A DNA stretch of 40,710 bases, taken from NCBI RefSeq assembly GCF_001194135.2, contig NC_068998.1, positions 36,945,093-36,985,802 on the forward strand, in the 5' to 3' direction. How positions within the stretch are numbered: position 1 is the first letter of the stretch; every line of letters begins with the position of its first letter. A program made the position numbers and the translations under genes. Shown piece by piece: positions 24,337 through 37,298 of this stretch. This stretch comes from Octopus bimaculoides (lineage: Eukaryota). The notes beneath the pieces are model-generated. The model searched no databases. It had not been told where the DNA came from and saw only the letters and a program-made list of their open reading frames with translations.

Positions 24337-25599
24337 TATATATATATATAGTAATATAGGTGTATAAAAGTTGAATATGGATTTTTCCTTGAATTGTAGG
24401 TTTCCAAAAAAGATTTCTAATGTTGATTCTTCATACTCTGCTGGGAGTTTACAGGCGTAAATTTGCAAAGATATGAAAGTAGTACTTGTATATAATGTAT
24501 GGTGAATTTATGGAATGAAGTTCCATAAATCCAACCAATTTTGTTACAAGTGGAGGAGACAGGTTGTTAAAATTTGTAAGAAGTTTAATTCTTGCAGACA
24601 ATCGTTTCGTACAGAGCTATAATAATAATATAAATTCGTGACTGAATTAAATTAAAATAATGAAATATCAACGTACTCTTCAGTGCTGGAAGGAAAGGAA
24701 CCATAATACCAGGAACTTAAGGAATATAGCAGAAAAAATTGGATCTAGGAGACTCATATTGGTATCCGTGTGAGAAAGAGATGGATGTCATGTCGTACAT
24801 TGGACCATAACTAACGGCTTCAACGGTTATTTGATGATATAAGTAAAGAGGGATCGGAGATGTTCCCTCTAAAGATGAGTATGGAAATTAGAATTTTAGC
24901 TCTATATACGTAGCGTAGGGCAAATAAGTATTAGAAATGTCCAATGGAGAACCGATACAGAATTTAAATTAAAATTAGAAGTAGCCGTTGAAATCAGTTC
25001 GTAGTATAATGTATTTTTGAAAAATTCTATACGTAAGAATGAAGTATAACGTGAGGAAGTAGTATATGAGAAGCTAGATAGTTCGTGTAAACAAAAGGCA
25101 GAAGAAATAAAGGAATGAAAATGAGTTAAAGACCATATTAGGCAACACATATTAATGATAAGGTAGAAAAAATAAGTAAAAACAGAAAAGCAGTTGTTAA
25201 TATTACAATTAAAGTAGTATTTACTTGCTGTGTTTATAAATTCGAGAAAGAGAATTTGAAAATGTTAGATACACAAAAATAAATGTAGGGGAGATAATGA
25301 GCGGAGAAAGAGAAGAGAAAAAAATAAAACTTTGGATAGGGATGTGTTGGTAATACAGAGGTTGTGTTTTAGTAGATATAAAAATATTATTTAAGAGGTA
25401 ATAATCCAGCTTAGTATTATGTAGAAGGATATGGAAGTGCAGTATGGTCGTTATGACATTCTTGTTGTAGGGGTACGTGCCGGTATGAATATAAGAATAA
25501 TACAAGTGTACAAAAGTTTACATATAATATAGAAAGACAATCTAATAAAAAGAGCGTGTATGTGTGTGTGTACGTGTGTAGATGCATATATATATTCGA

Positions 25600-25745
25600 C
25601 TGGCTTCCACAAACGTCGATCGAATTTATTCACAAGGCATTGGTCAGCCTAGGATATAGTAGGGAACTTGCCCAAGATGCCTCTCAGTTGAACTGGATCC
25701 AAACTCCCATCGTTGCAAAGCGATATTAAATACATACACAGGCCT
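25600..25745 (-). mobile_element. SINE family A, 5' half, degraded
   Basis: ttcacaaggcattggtcagcctaggatatagtag..acttgcccaagatgcc. Confidence 0.7.
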
Positions 25746-25789
25746 ACGCCTCTATCGGATAGCCAAACATTTTACCTGTATGTTGTAGA

Positions 25790-26140
25790 AGTCTTAAAAA
25801 GTGATCTAATTTTGGGCCAACCACTTGTCTCCGAATTTTGTTAATTACTAAATCGTGTGGGATTTTTTTATTGTGATGTTCTATAAGGTAATTAAGAGTG
25901 AAGACAAACAGCATAGGAAACACGCCATTCTTATTCTCATCCAATTTGTAGTAAATTAACTGGAGAGAATATTTCTTTTTCCGTCCATATATCCTCATTA
26001 AGTAGTGCTTGATAAAATTTATATGGAATTGGCTGTAATAGGGCATACCTCTGCTCGTTCCATACCCTGCCACTCTCGCTACTGTTATCACTTGAAGGGG
26101 AAAAACTGCTTACATTTCCTTGCGAAAGAATAAACCTCAC
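25790..26140 (-). mobile_element. Decayed CR1/L2-like LINE reverse transcriptase fragment
   Basis: Minus frames GRVWNEQRYALLQ and KLDENK..KKIPHDLVINKIRRQVVGPKL resemble RT segments ERxVNEQLY..L and FDKVPHDLLIxKL..YGVG. Confidence 0.5.
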
Positions 26141-26444
26141 TGGAGCGATCTTTATGATCGATTTGGTTGATCTACTCGAACTGCCCTAGGGGAATTATCA
26201 GATGTTAAACTAACTCCGCAAGAAAAGAATGCTCGCACAGTGATTGCAGAATGGTTTCATTACACTCCATAGTGCGCGGAGAGGACTAACTGCTTGCACT
26301 AATTTCTACTAAAGCGACTTTGCCAGGCTAAGCTCAGCATGACTTCTGGAAGTTCTCCATAATCCTGACATCGAAAGCTTTGTGAAAGAAACTGCTCAGT
26401 TGATTAATGTCCAGAACGTCATGACAAATGCCTATTTAAAGTAG
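26132..26444 (+). pseudogene. Possible decayed death-domain-like coding relic
   Basis: One frame reads KPHWSDLYDRFG*STRTALGELSDVKLTPQEKNARTVIAEWFHYTP*CAERTNCLH*FLLKRLCQAKLSM, then a shifted frame reads LLEVLHNPDIESFVKE. The W..L..xG / W / LL..L spacing resembles the death fold. Three in-frame stops. Confidence 0.3.
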
Positions 26445-27041
26445 AGAGTTAAGGTAGATGAGGAGGTTGAGAGAAAGAGAAAGTGAGAGGGAGGTGGTGG
26501 GTGAGAGACGGATGAAACCAAATAAATTTATTCATTTAGTCTGGTTTTCTGTAATGTCTGCCAATTCATAAGATAGAGGAATATGTAAACATATACAGAG
26601 TAAATAAGTAAATGTTAGACAGCGAGAGAAAGAGAAAAGGATAAAGAAAGAGAGAGAGAGAGAAATTGAGACAAACAGTGAAAGATAGAGTTAAGGGGAG
26701 AGAGAGGGGAGAAAGAGATATAAATAGGCAGTCAACAGCCAAACTTATAAGGTAAACGGGTGAAAGCAACCAAAGATAAATTGATAGACAGACAGACAAA
26801 CAGACAAAAAAAATAGACACAAAGATAGACGGATAGAAAAACAAAGAAATAAGACAAGCGTACCGTGAGAGGGAGAGGGACAGACAGACAGAGACAGAAG
26901 GAAAGAGAGAAAGTCAGCAGTTCAAACCAGTATTTAAGAACGCAGACACACGTTGACAGGTAGGAACAGACTGAAGGATAGCAGACGTACTGGGCTTTAT
27001 AAGATACGTAAGCGTTTTCATTTAGTTGATTTAGTGGATTT

Positions 27042-27152
27042 ATGAGGAGTAGCTTGACGCTTCGGAGAAAAATCCTTCGTCGGAGAAAGATGCACAGTTA
27101 CGAGAGTGAGAAAGTAAGGAGAAAAAGGAGACCGAAGTGGAGGAGAAAAAAG
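27042..27152 (+). CDS. Candidate first coding exon, 37 aa basic peptide (unknown gene)
   Basis: ATG at 27042, open frame MRSSLTLRRKILRRRKMHSYESEKVRRKRRPKWRRKK, ending at AAG|GTAAGT (27153); non-repetitive context. No homology recognised. Confidence 0.25.
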
Positions 27153-27386
27153 GTAAGTTAACAAGTGTTTATGGAGAGGGATAACATTGAGGAAGATGAG
27201 AAAAACGAAAATTCAAAATATTTAAAATTTTAGTGACAACACAATGGTTGCTCTTGGCTAAACCGGACTTTCATTGTATATATTTACCATAGAAACATGT
27301 ATGGCTGATTTAGCGAAATGTTAATGTATTTATTAAAAATTAATATAAACAGCTAGGCGCAATATAAGACTGATAAAATTTTTCAC

Positions 27387-27425
<39 letters not shown>

Positions 27426-29182
27426 AATTCAAAAAGGGCTAAAGCTCTTTTACAAGAATTTTATCAAGAAGCCAGTGTGTAAAAAAAATTCATAAGGGAA
27501 ATTTCTATTCCCAAGAATATAATTATTCGTTTATATTTATATAAGGGCATTACTACAGAAAAATAATGCCAAACACTGGACTTCTCAAAATAACCACATT
27601 TAGTACCGAATGCGAGTTATTTAAAAGAAAGTTGGTCGTCTTCTGTTGGTTGTTTTTCCNNNNNNNNNNATATATATATATATATATATATATACATATG
27701 CCATTGCTCACATGTGGCTGCACGTTGTAGACCAATAGTTAATTAACCGAAAAAAGAACGCAGTCCTCCTCCTATCAAAATGCAATTAAACTTCTTTGCT
27801 TCCTTCTTTTTTATTGATGAGAGAACAAAACTTTAGTTTCCGTATAATTCTTCTAACTTAAATATGGTTTGAACAAGTTTAGAAAGTTTGGTTTCGTCTT
27901 AATTTTATTAATGGTAGTAATTTGTTCGCTCCTTGAAAATTCTCACAGAACCACCCCGTAAAAAATGTTTAAAATACAAAAAAATCTGTTGTACACCACA
28001 TCCGAGAAAGAAACCAATTAACTAAAGTATCTTTTTTCATTAACTAGTTTCATTCATGAAAAAGCCATCGTTTGCAAACATCTTTAAAGTGGAACGAAAT
28101 AAAAGCAAATATTTGTTTCTTTTCTCCTTCAGTTTCATTCCTCAGTTTCATTAGTTTCAATTAGATGACGACCATGCGGGAGCATTACTACTGAAATGAT
28201 GTATTTGTTTAAATTGACTGCTGTACTTGTATGGCACTTATTTCAGCTACAACCGCGTAAAGGTTGTATCCAACGAAAGACCTTACAAATGTTCGCTTGG
28301 CTTATAAGAAATAGAAGCCAAATCTCCCTCAAATTACTCTATAATTTCTCAAAATCGTAGTGGTAGGCATAGACTAAGGTAGTCGATGATACCGCCCACT
28401 CCAAACATACATAAAATAGAAGAGGATAGCCATGGCAAGAATATCTTCAATCATGTGAGAATTGAACTATAACCCGATGAGAGGACTGACATATTGCAAG
28501 CAGCAACAACAAGAACAACAATAAAGACAACAGGACAATGACAGCTAAAAACTATATTAACAACATTCCCTTCTACATTACATGCCAGTGGTCTTGTTAC
28601 ATTTGAAATGCCTGCAAACGTAAAGCATATTTCGAATAAAGTAATTGACATTTCTTTTAGTGTCACACATGAATGAAAATTGGTGCATTTAAAAAAATTT
28701 AGGAAAACTGAAGATGAGCGTTTCCTTTAAATTTCGACACTGCTACAGTTTATAGAACTCAGCAAGGCTGTGATGTTCATACCTTTCCAATACATGAATG
28801 TCAACCGCTCTTTCATCTCAGAGTCAGATAACTATCATTTTACATCAGTTAGGTTAGCAAGCTGGCAGAATCGAAAGAGCGGTATTTTGTCTGGACCTTT
28901 AAGTTTGATATCCAAACCTTGCCGAATCCAGCTTGACTTGTCGCAAATTTAGGATCGATAACAGAGAATGTTAGTCAAGTACTATGGTCGAGAAGATCGA
29001 GAAACTTAAGTCGCACAACGTGGTGGCTTTGTGTCTAAATTAGAAACCGTATTTTGCGTCACTTGTTACTATGACACCGGTACCTCAATCGTTGTCTTGA
29101 AAAAAATTGTTGCGTAAGCGAATTTCCGGTAACAACGCCTATTATTTGTACATGAATACATGCATTACATACATCTATATAT

Positions 29183-29226
<44 letters not shown>

Positions 29227-29799
29227 NNNNNNNNNNNNNNNNNNNNNNNNNNNNNNNNNNNNNNNNNNNNNNNNNNNNNNNNNNNNNNNNNNNNNNNNNN
29301 NNNNNNNNNNNNNNNNNNNNNNNNNNNNNNNNNNNNNNNNNNNNNNNNNNNNNNNNNNNNNNNNNNNNNNNNNNNNNNNNNNNNNNNNNNNNNNNNNNNN
29401 NNNNNNNNNNNNNNNNNNNNNNNNNNNNNNNNNNNNNNNNNNNNNNNNNNNNNNNNNNNNNNNNNNNNNNNNNNNNNNNNNNNNNNNNNNNNNNNNNNNN
29501 NNNNNNNNNNNNNNNNNNNNNNNNNNNNNNNNNNNNNNNNNNNNNNNNNNNNNNNNNNNNNNNNNNNNNNNNNNNNNNNNNNNNNNNNNNNNNNNNNNNN
29601 NNNNNNNNNNNNNNNNNNNNNNNNNNNNNNNNNNNNNNNNNNNNNNNNNNNNNNNNNNNNNNNNNNNNNNNNNNNNNNNNNNNNNNNNNNNNNNNNNNNN
29701 NNNNNNNNNNNNNNNNNNNNNNNNNNNNNNNNNNNNNNNNNNNNNNNNNNNNNNNNNNNNNNNNNNNNNNNNNNNNNNNNNNNNNNNNNNNNNNNNNNN

Positions 29800-29844
<45 letters not shown>

Positions 29845-30259
29845 ATAGATAGATTGATAGATAGATGGACAGATAGATAGATGTGTATTTTCTTTCTCTT
29901 GTTAACAATTAACACGGAAAGAATATATAAATAGTTACCAGGGTAACAAAAATCACACAAGTAAAAAGTTGTAACTCCTTGTTTTTAAAGGAAGAAACTC
30001 CAGGTTTACGTGAAATATTTTGTATAATATATATGAATAAATAAATGGAGTTAAACGCAGGTCTTATTCAAATTCTTTTACTTCAGACACATATTTTGAA
30101 GATATAGCTGGTATTATTCCAATGGAATAAAATGGTGTAAGATCACATTATTTTACATCATTTTATTCCCTCTGGAAAAATACCAATGTTTTCTTCGAAA
30201 CATGTCGGAAGTATAAAGATTTGAATAACGCCTGCGTTTAACTCCATTTCTTTATTTAC

Positions 30260-30290
<31 letters not shown>

Positions 30291-30360
30291 TGTATGTATG
30301 TATGTGTGTATATATGTATGCATGTATGTATGTATGTATGTATGTATGCATGGTATACTG

Positions 30361-30550
30361 TTCTACTCTAGACACAAGGCCCGAATTTTTTGGGGACGGG
30401 TCCAGTTGATTAGATTGACCCCAGTACGGAAATGGTAGTTAATTTATCGACCCCGAAACGATGAAAGGCAAAGTCGATCTTGGCGAAATTTGAGCGCAGA
30501 ACGTAAGCATTTCCTCCGGCGTGCTAAAGTTTCTACCAGTTCGCCGCCTT
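30361..30550 (-). mobile_element. SINE family B
   Basis: ttctactctagacacaaggcccg...atttatcgaccccgaaacgatgaaaggcaaagtcgat...ccggcgtgctaa..ccagttcgccgcctt. Confidence 0.88.
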
Positions 30551-31212
30551 GCGCACGTATATGGTATGGCGATTGCTCCATCTTCACAGACGATTACCGT
30601 CAATTTATGCTTCCCCGTTGTCAGTGGCATCTCTGATTTTCCGCCCTTGACTTTTAAGATGACTATTCAGTCCAATTGCAGATCTGTATAGTTTGGAAGC
30701 ATAGGTGGCAGACAAAAGCTGTCACTTGCAGTTACTTAGGTCTATACACCTTGCGAATCTTCCTTCGCCATAGCGTTTTTTAGTAGATAGAATAACAAAT
30801 GAGGTCACCATAAAGCGACATGTGTCAATCATTGGATTACAGTGGAAAACGTTTATACAACAGGTGTACCACTCTCTTGATATCGCAGCGAGTGGATACT
30901 CGTGTTTCACATTAAACATCTCAAAATAACGCATTCTTTGAAAATATTGAACAAAATCTGTGAGGAGGAAATTAAATGAAATGGAAGAATGTTGAATATA
31001 TTCTGCAAGCACCATATGCATATACACACATATATGTGCGCGTGTGGGTAAGTATATATATATATGTGTATATGTGTGTGGTTATATGTGTGTGTGTATA
31101 TATATGTATATGTATATGTGTGTGTGTGTGATTTGTGCGCGTATGTATGTATATATACCTATGCATATGTATACGTATGTGTGTGTGTATATATATATGT
31201 ATGTATACACAC

Positions 31213-31243
<31 letters not shown>

Positions 31244-32709
31244 TATATNNNNNNNNNNNNNNNNNNNNNNNNNNNNNNNNNNNNNNNNNNNNNNNNNNNN
31301 NNNNNNNNNNNNNNNNNNNNNNNNNNNNNNNNNNNNNNNNNNNNNNNNNNNNNNNNNNNNNNNNNNNNNNNNNNNNNNNNNNNNNNNNNNNNNNNNNNNN
31401 NNNNNNNNNNNNNNNNNNNNNNNNNNNNNNNNNNNNNNNNNNNNNNNNNNNNNNNNNNNNNNNNNNNNNNNNNNNNNNNNNNNNNNNNNNNNNNNNNNNN
31501 NNNNNNNNNNNNNNNNNNNNNNNNNNNNNNNNNNNNNNNNNNNNNNNNNNNNNNNNNNNNNNNNNNNNNNNNNNNNNNNNNNNNNNNNNNNNNNNNNNNN
31601 NNNNNNNNNNNNNNNNNNNNNNNNNNNNNNNNNNNNNNNNNNNNNNNNNNNNNNNNNNNNNNNNNNNNNNNNNNNNNNNNNNNNNNNNNNNNNNNNNNNN
31701 NNNNNNNNNNNNNNNNNNNNNNNNNNNNNNNNNNNNNNNNNNNNNNNNNNNNNNNNNNNNNNNNNNNNNNNNNNNNNNNNNNNNNNNNNNNNNNNNNNAT
31801 ATATACATGTATGGTTTATAGATATTTATAAACAGTCATATATCTCTATATGTCTATGTACATAACTACATGGTCACATATGCCTACTTTCATGTATATA
31901 TATTCATATAGTCATATATATGTATGTGTGTGTGTGAGCACGCGCACACACACACACACACACACGCACACACACACACACACTCACATACATATATGAT
32001 AAAATGTTTAGAAGTAGAGGGTGAAGACCAAAAATTATTAAATACAATACATCACTAAATTAATTTTAGATAACACTGCCTTTGTCTCTTTGTCTTTTCT
32101 AAACATTTATCATAATGTTAATATTCTCCTGTAGCTTTTTTTTCCTATCGAAACAAGACTGTCTGGCGATGCTCCTATTCTATTTTAATAGTGTCTCTCT
32201 TTTTTGTAATCAATGAAATATAATTCTTGAAAGAAGACAGTAACGTGATAAATTATGTCTTTACCCTGTGCAAGCTACTTTCGGATGTATATAAGAGAAA
32301 TGTACGAAACACAGGTTAGGAAATTGGATTAAGATTTATCTTGGAAAACGGAACAAATTTGTATGTTTTGACAATCGCCATTTGTTGCTTTGAGAGAAAG
32401 TAAAAGCTATATTTTATCTTTGGTAGTCGCAGTTAGTGTATATATGCGATATTGTGTTACCCATGAGATTTACAACAATTCTGTGCCATTGTAATAATCA
32501 TATGAGTGTGGTAGTTATCATAAGAGAGTGAGTAGTACTTATTTTTCAGAGTGAGATTGATATTGTGAGTGTTACAATAATCATATAAGAAACACAATTG
32601 CTTTCTGAAAATCAAATGAAGGTTCCAGTTATCTTTTGTACTAAAAGTTATAGTATAAGAGTTACAAGTACACTTGAAAGCAAAAGTTAGCACAGCTATT
32701 TAAGTGCTG

Positions 32710-33293
32710 TGATTTGTGGGTTGAGCGTTACTGAGACATATGGAGAAATTTAAGTATCTCGAGACTAATAAGAGACAGGAGGCTGAATTGAATGCTAAAA
32801 TTGCAGGTGCCGGTACAGTCATGCACCAGCTCCTAGATTCGATCCTCAGAAGAAAAGAGCTTGATAAAAAGACCGAACTCACAACCTTCACTTCGGTTTT
32901 CACGGCAATGCTCACCTATGGTCATGAATGTTGGTTTATGACAGAGAGTACGAAACGGGGTTCCTCTGAAGGATTTTTGAAATTATGTTACTCGACAGGT
33001 TGTGTAACCTGAAGATCAGGGTGTCTTCCTCTCCGGGTTGAGAGATCACAGCTCCAGTGCTTCAGATATGTGATAACAATGTCTCAAGAAAGAATCGCAA
33101 GACAATTAGTTCAAGTCAAGCCAAGCGAAGCGGCAAGAGACCAAAGAGCAGACTAAGAACGAAATGGCTGGAAAATATCCATGATCACTTTTGGTCACCG
33201 TTGGGAGTCCTGCTAGTAAATTTAATGACTGTTGCTTCTGAATTGATAGCACGTAGGACGTGCCTAAAGACTCTAAACTCAGGACCCTCCTAG
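32710..33293 (+). mobile_element. RTE LINE (Rex3/Expander-like) RT C-terminal fragment, decayed
   Basis: EKFKYLE..RQEAELNAKIAGAGTVMHQL..RKELDKKTEL..MLTYGHECWFMTE and SGKRPKSRLRTKWLENIHDHFWSPLGV match Expander/Rex3-type RTE C-termini. Confidence 0.85.
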
Positions 33294-33960
33294 GTATAGT
33301 GGGCGGACAAGACAGATTTATGGTTACAGGTATATCGTCCGACACCCCTACTGATATTGCATTTATCAAAAACAGAGTTATTATGAACTATTACACTCAA
33401 ATCCGAAGTAGGGTATACCTCTAGACTACATATATTCAACATATTTTCTTTCTATAAGATGGAGCAACGCAATGTTTAACCAGAGACAAACAATTCAATG
33501 GAAGAAAATATATTCGTTTTGACATGAATATGGTGACATATATTTCAAGGAGAAATATAATTGATACAGAAATTTTCTTCAGTTTCCAATATGGAAAAAT
33601 GGTTGGTTTCCAAGAGATTAATTACTTAAGAATGGTATTTATATAATCGATATTCGACAGAATGTTATATATGTTTCCCCGTCGACTGACTTTCGTCGTC
33701 AATTTAGTCTGATTATAGCATTCATGACCGTTGTGGTGTTCAATGTATGGTTATTAAAATTACGATCATTATAGGTGCATATGTATTTTCATTTGTATAC
33801 ATTTCTGCATAGGACGACTGTATGAAGATACATGCATACTCCCACACACACATACACATATATACACACATGCATATATGTATATATGTGTGTGTGTATT
33901 TATGTATATATGTATTTATGTATGTATGCGTAGGCGTTGTATTACACATACACAGATACG

Positions 33961-34260
33961 TAGGCGTGGTTGAGTAGTAAGAAGTTTTCTTCTCATCCAC
34001 ATGATTCCGGGTTCGCTCTAGCTGCGTAGAACGTTGACCAACTGCTTTCTAATATAGCGCCCGGACGACCAAAGACTTTTGAGTGAATTTGGCAGAAGGA
34101 AAATGAAAAAAAAACTGTTACACACACGTATGCATACATACATACATACATACATGCATGCATACATACATACATACATACATACATACATACATACATA
34201 CATACATACATAAAGGTGTTACCCAAGCATGACAGCAGTCCAATGAGAAGGTGTAAAAGA
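33961..34260 (+). mobile_element. SINE family A with internal deletion
   Basis: ggcgtggttgagtagtaagaag..ccgggttcg head, (TACA)n centre, and 3' end acccaagcatgacagcagtccaatga. Confidence 0.75.
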
Positions 34261-34303
34261 GAAATGGAGGGAACGGAGTATAAACGGAGCTAGGGAAAGA
34301 AAT

Positions 34304-34347
<44 letters not shown>

Positions 34348-34348
34348 T

Positions 34349-34392
<44 letters not shown>

Positions 34393-34424
34393 TTAGAGAG
34401 ATTGCTTATTTTGCCTTCCCATTG

Positions 34425-34665
34425 TTGAATTCACATACATCGGAAGTAAAATCACAAAGGAAGTTCAGCCTGCAGGTGATGCTCCTATCCCAATCAGCAA
34501 AGCCTGGGTGACTTAAAATGAATTATCAACGGTCTGGAAATATAAATGTCCATTAAATTTGAAACGAAATTTCTTTCAGGCGATTGTGCAGTCAGTTTTG
34601 AAATATGGATGAACATTGACTCTAACAAAAAGTCTTGAAAAGAAAATTGACGGAACGTCTTACTA
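34425..34665 (+). mobile_element. RTE LINE RT fragment, decayed
   Basis: VEFTYIGSKI..ISKAWVT*NELSTVWK..LKRNFFQAIVQSVLKYG*TLTLTKSLEKKIDG matches the RTE motif FKYLGS..IGKAW..LK..FF.A.VESVLLYG.ETWTLTK.LEK.LDG. Confidence 0.8.
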
Positions 34666-35265
34666 TAACGGACGTTATGTCCGTCTGTCTGGCCATCTAT
34701 CCGTCTGTCTGTCTGTCTGTCTGTTCCCTCTTCACGGTCAAACAGTTGGACCAATGGTCACGATGTTTTGGGGGGATTACGGAGGTAATCAGGAAGGTTT
34801 TTAGCGAAAAAAGATGTGAAAAAGTATCATTATTTAGTGGATATTTTGTTTTGTATTAATAAATCACCATTGATTTTTTGGTTAAAATACCAGCAATGAG
34901 GATTAACTCTGGTTTCCCCCTGTATAGTTTGTGAATTTAGAGGGTTTAGATTTGCAATACTATTCCCTTATTTCCGATCGTAGATGGGCAGATTTGCTAT
35001 TGTACTACAATAGGCATTATGTCCATTTGTCTGCCCGTCTCTTTGTCTGTTCCCTCTTCATCGCCAGACGTTTGCACCAATGGTTACGTCATTTCTCGGG
35101 ATTAGAAAGTCAATCATCAGGAAGGATTTTAGCATTAAAAAAATAAGAACGTATTATTATTTCGTGAAATCGATTTTTGAATTGATAAACTACCTGCGCA
35201 TTTTTATTAAAAATACACCGACCACGAGTAACTCTGAATTTTCATTGTATAGTTTGTGGCCCCAT
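34663..35265 (+). mobile_element. Diverged tandem pair of a roughly 340-bp Helitron/Helentron-like non-autonomous unit
   Basis: Units at about 34663-34940 and 35005-35265 share ttatgtcc..tgtctg..tctgttccctcttca..accaatggt.acg..tcaggaagg.ttt.tagc..taactctg..tgtatagtttgtg. The (GTCY)n near the 5' end is typical of Helentron-derived elements. The duplication is seen in sequence; the class is inference. Confidence 0.55.
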
Positions 35266-35428
35266 TGTAGATACGAAGGGGATCTCGAGGGCGGTTAAGA
35301 GTGAAAATAAAATGGAAAAAGTGTGGGTCAGTATATAGTGTGTGCGATTATTTAGTGGTTGTTGAAGTGTGTCAGTCTTGAGCAGAGTTCGAAACGGCTA
35401 ATCGAAGCGGCTGTTGTTTACATCTCAG

Positions 35429-35494
35429 TTTTGTCAACCATAATAAGCCCTGGTACCAGAACATCCAGACACCATTCGCAAAGAACAATGAGAG
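35429..35494 (+). CDS. Candidate 66-nt exon (unknown gene)
   Basis: tgtttacatctcag| acceptor and GAG|GTAAGT donor (35495); two frames open (FVNHNKPWYQNIQTPFAKNNE or LSTIISPGTRTSRHHSQRTMR). Confidence 0.25.
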
Positions 35495-36286
35495 GTAAGT
35501 CGTACTTTGAATTTTTGCAAGCCTAATATATATATATATATATATATATANNNNNNNNNNNNNNNNNNNNNNNNNNNNNNNNNNNNNNNNNNNNNNNNNN
35601 NNNNNNNNNNNNNNNNNNNNNNNNNNNNNNNNNNNNNNNNNNNNNNNNNNNNNNNNNNNNNNNNNNNNNNNNNNNNNNNNNNNNNNNNNNNNNNNNNNNN
35701 NNNNNNNNNNNNNNNNNNNNNNNNNNNNNNNNNNNNNNNNNNNNNNNNNNNNNNNNNNNNNNNNNNNNNNNNNNNNNNNNNNNNNNNNNNNNNNNNNNNN
35801 NNNNNNNNNNNNNNNNNNNNNNNNNNNNNNNNNNNNNNNNNNNNNNNNNNNNNNNNNNNNNNNNNNNNNNNNNNNNNNNNNNNNNNNNNNNNNNNNNNNN
35901 NNNNNNNNNNNNNNNNNNNNNNNNNNNNNNNNNNNNNNNNNNNNNNNNNNNNNNNNNNNNNNNNNNNNNNNNNNNNNNNNNNNNNNNNNNNNNNNNNNNN
36001 NNNNNNNNNNNNNNNNNNNNNNNNNNNNNNNNNNNNNNNNNNNNNNNNNNNNNNNNNNNNNNNNNNNNNNNNNNNNNNNNNNNNNNNNNNNNNNNNNNNN
36101 NNNNNNNNNNNNNNNNNNNNNNNNNNNNNNNNNNNNNNNNNNNNNNNNNNNNNNNNNNNNNNNNNNNNNNNNNNNNNNNNNNNNNNNNNNNNNNNNNNNN
36201 NNNNNNNNNNNNNNNNNNNNNNNNNNNNNNNNNNNNNNNNNNNNNNNNNNNNNNNNNNNNNNNNNNNNNNNNNNNNNNNNNNNNNN

Positions 36287-36317
<31 letters not shown>

Positions 36318-37243
36318 GGTTACAGCACTAAACATTGATATGTCCAAATACTTGTTGCAAATTCAAATGTACTTGACACATATTCGAGCCCGTAAGAAAG
36401 ACATTCATTGTATTTCGTAATGGACAAAATGTTTTCGCTGTTGACGAATTGGTGCAAACTAACCCAGTCAGCTCACAGGTGCCTCTGACCAGACTGTAGG
36501 GTGCATGCGTTTTGGAGTGGTTATCTCCAGTTTAGCCACAGACACCGGAAAGGAAGACGCTGAGGAGTGACACGAAAGTAAGGTCTCTCTTATGATGTTC
36601 CCGTCATCGTTCAATAACCATTTGCGTTATTCAGTAGCACGCCGAATTTAAAAAAAACGTGGAATTTCATTTCTTGAAATACTTATAGATTTCGACAATA
36701 TCTAAATGTAGACCTTTGATGGAGCTCATTTTTAACCAATGAGCAGCCATGGCAGAACTTGACTAATGTGTTATTTCAGCCTATATGAAAATTCCGAACG
36801 GTTACGACTACATGTGAATATACATATATAGACAAACTCTTGTTTAACTGTTAGCGTTATGGAATTAGACACCCAGTTATTAAAACTGACATCAATAAAT
36901 TCTAATTCAGTCTAACTGATCAATTATATTCGGCAGTTAATAACCTTTGATGGTATATCTGTCGCAATCAATTTATTGATACATTTATCTATGTATGTAT
37001 GTATCTGTCTATCTATCTAGCAAACACTCTCTCTTTCTTTCTATCGCTCTCCCTCTCTGTCATATTTCTCTTTCTCTCTCTCTCTGTCTCTCTCACTTTA
37101 TATATATATATATNNNNNNNNNNNNNNNNNNNNNNNNNNNNNNNNNNNNNNNNNNNNNNNNNNNNNNNNNNNNNNNNNNNNNNNNNNNNNNNNNNNNNNN
37201 NNNNNNNNNNNNNNNNNNNNNNNNNNNNNNNNNNNATATATAC

Positions 37244-37298
<55 letters not shown>

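Noticed and set aside
24400-25450. A-rich stretch resembling a decayed LINE ORF
   Set aside because: No convincing conserved motif; stops in all frames examined.
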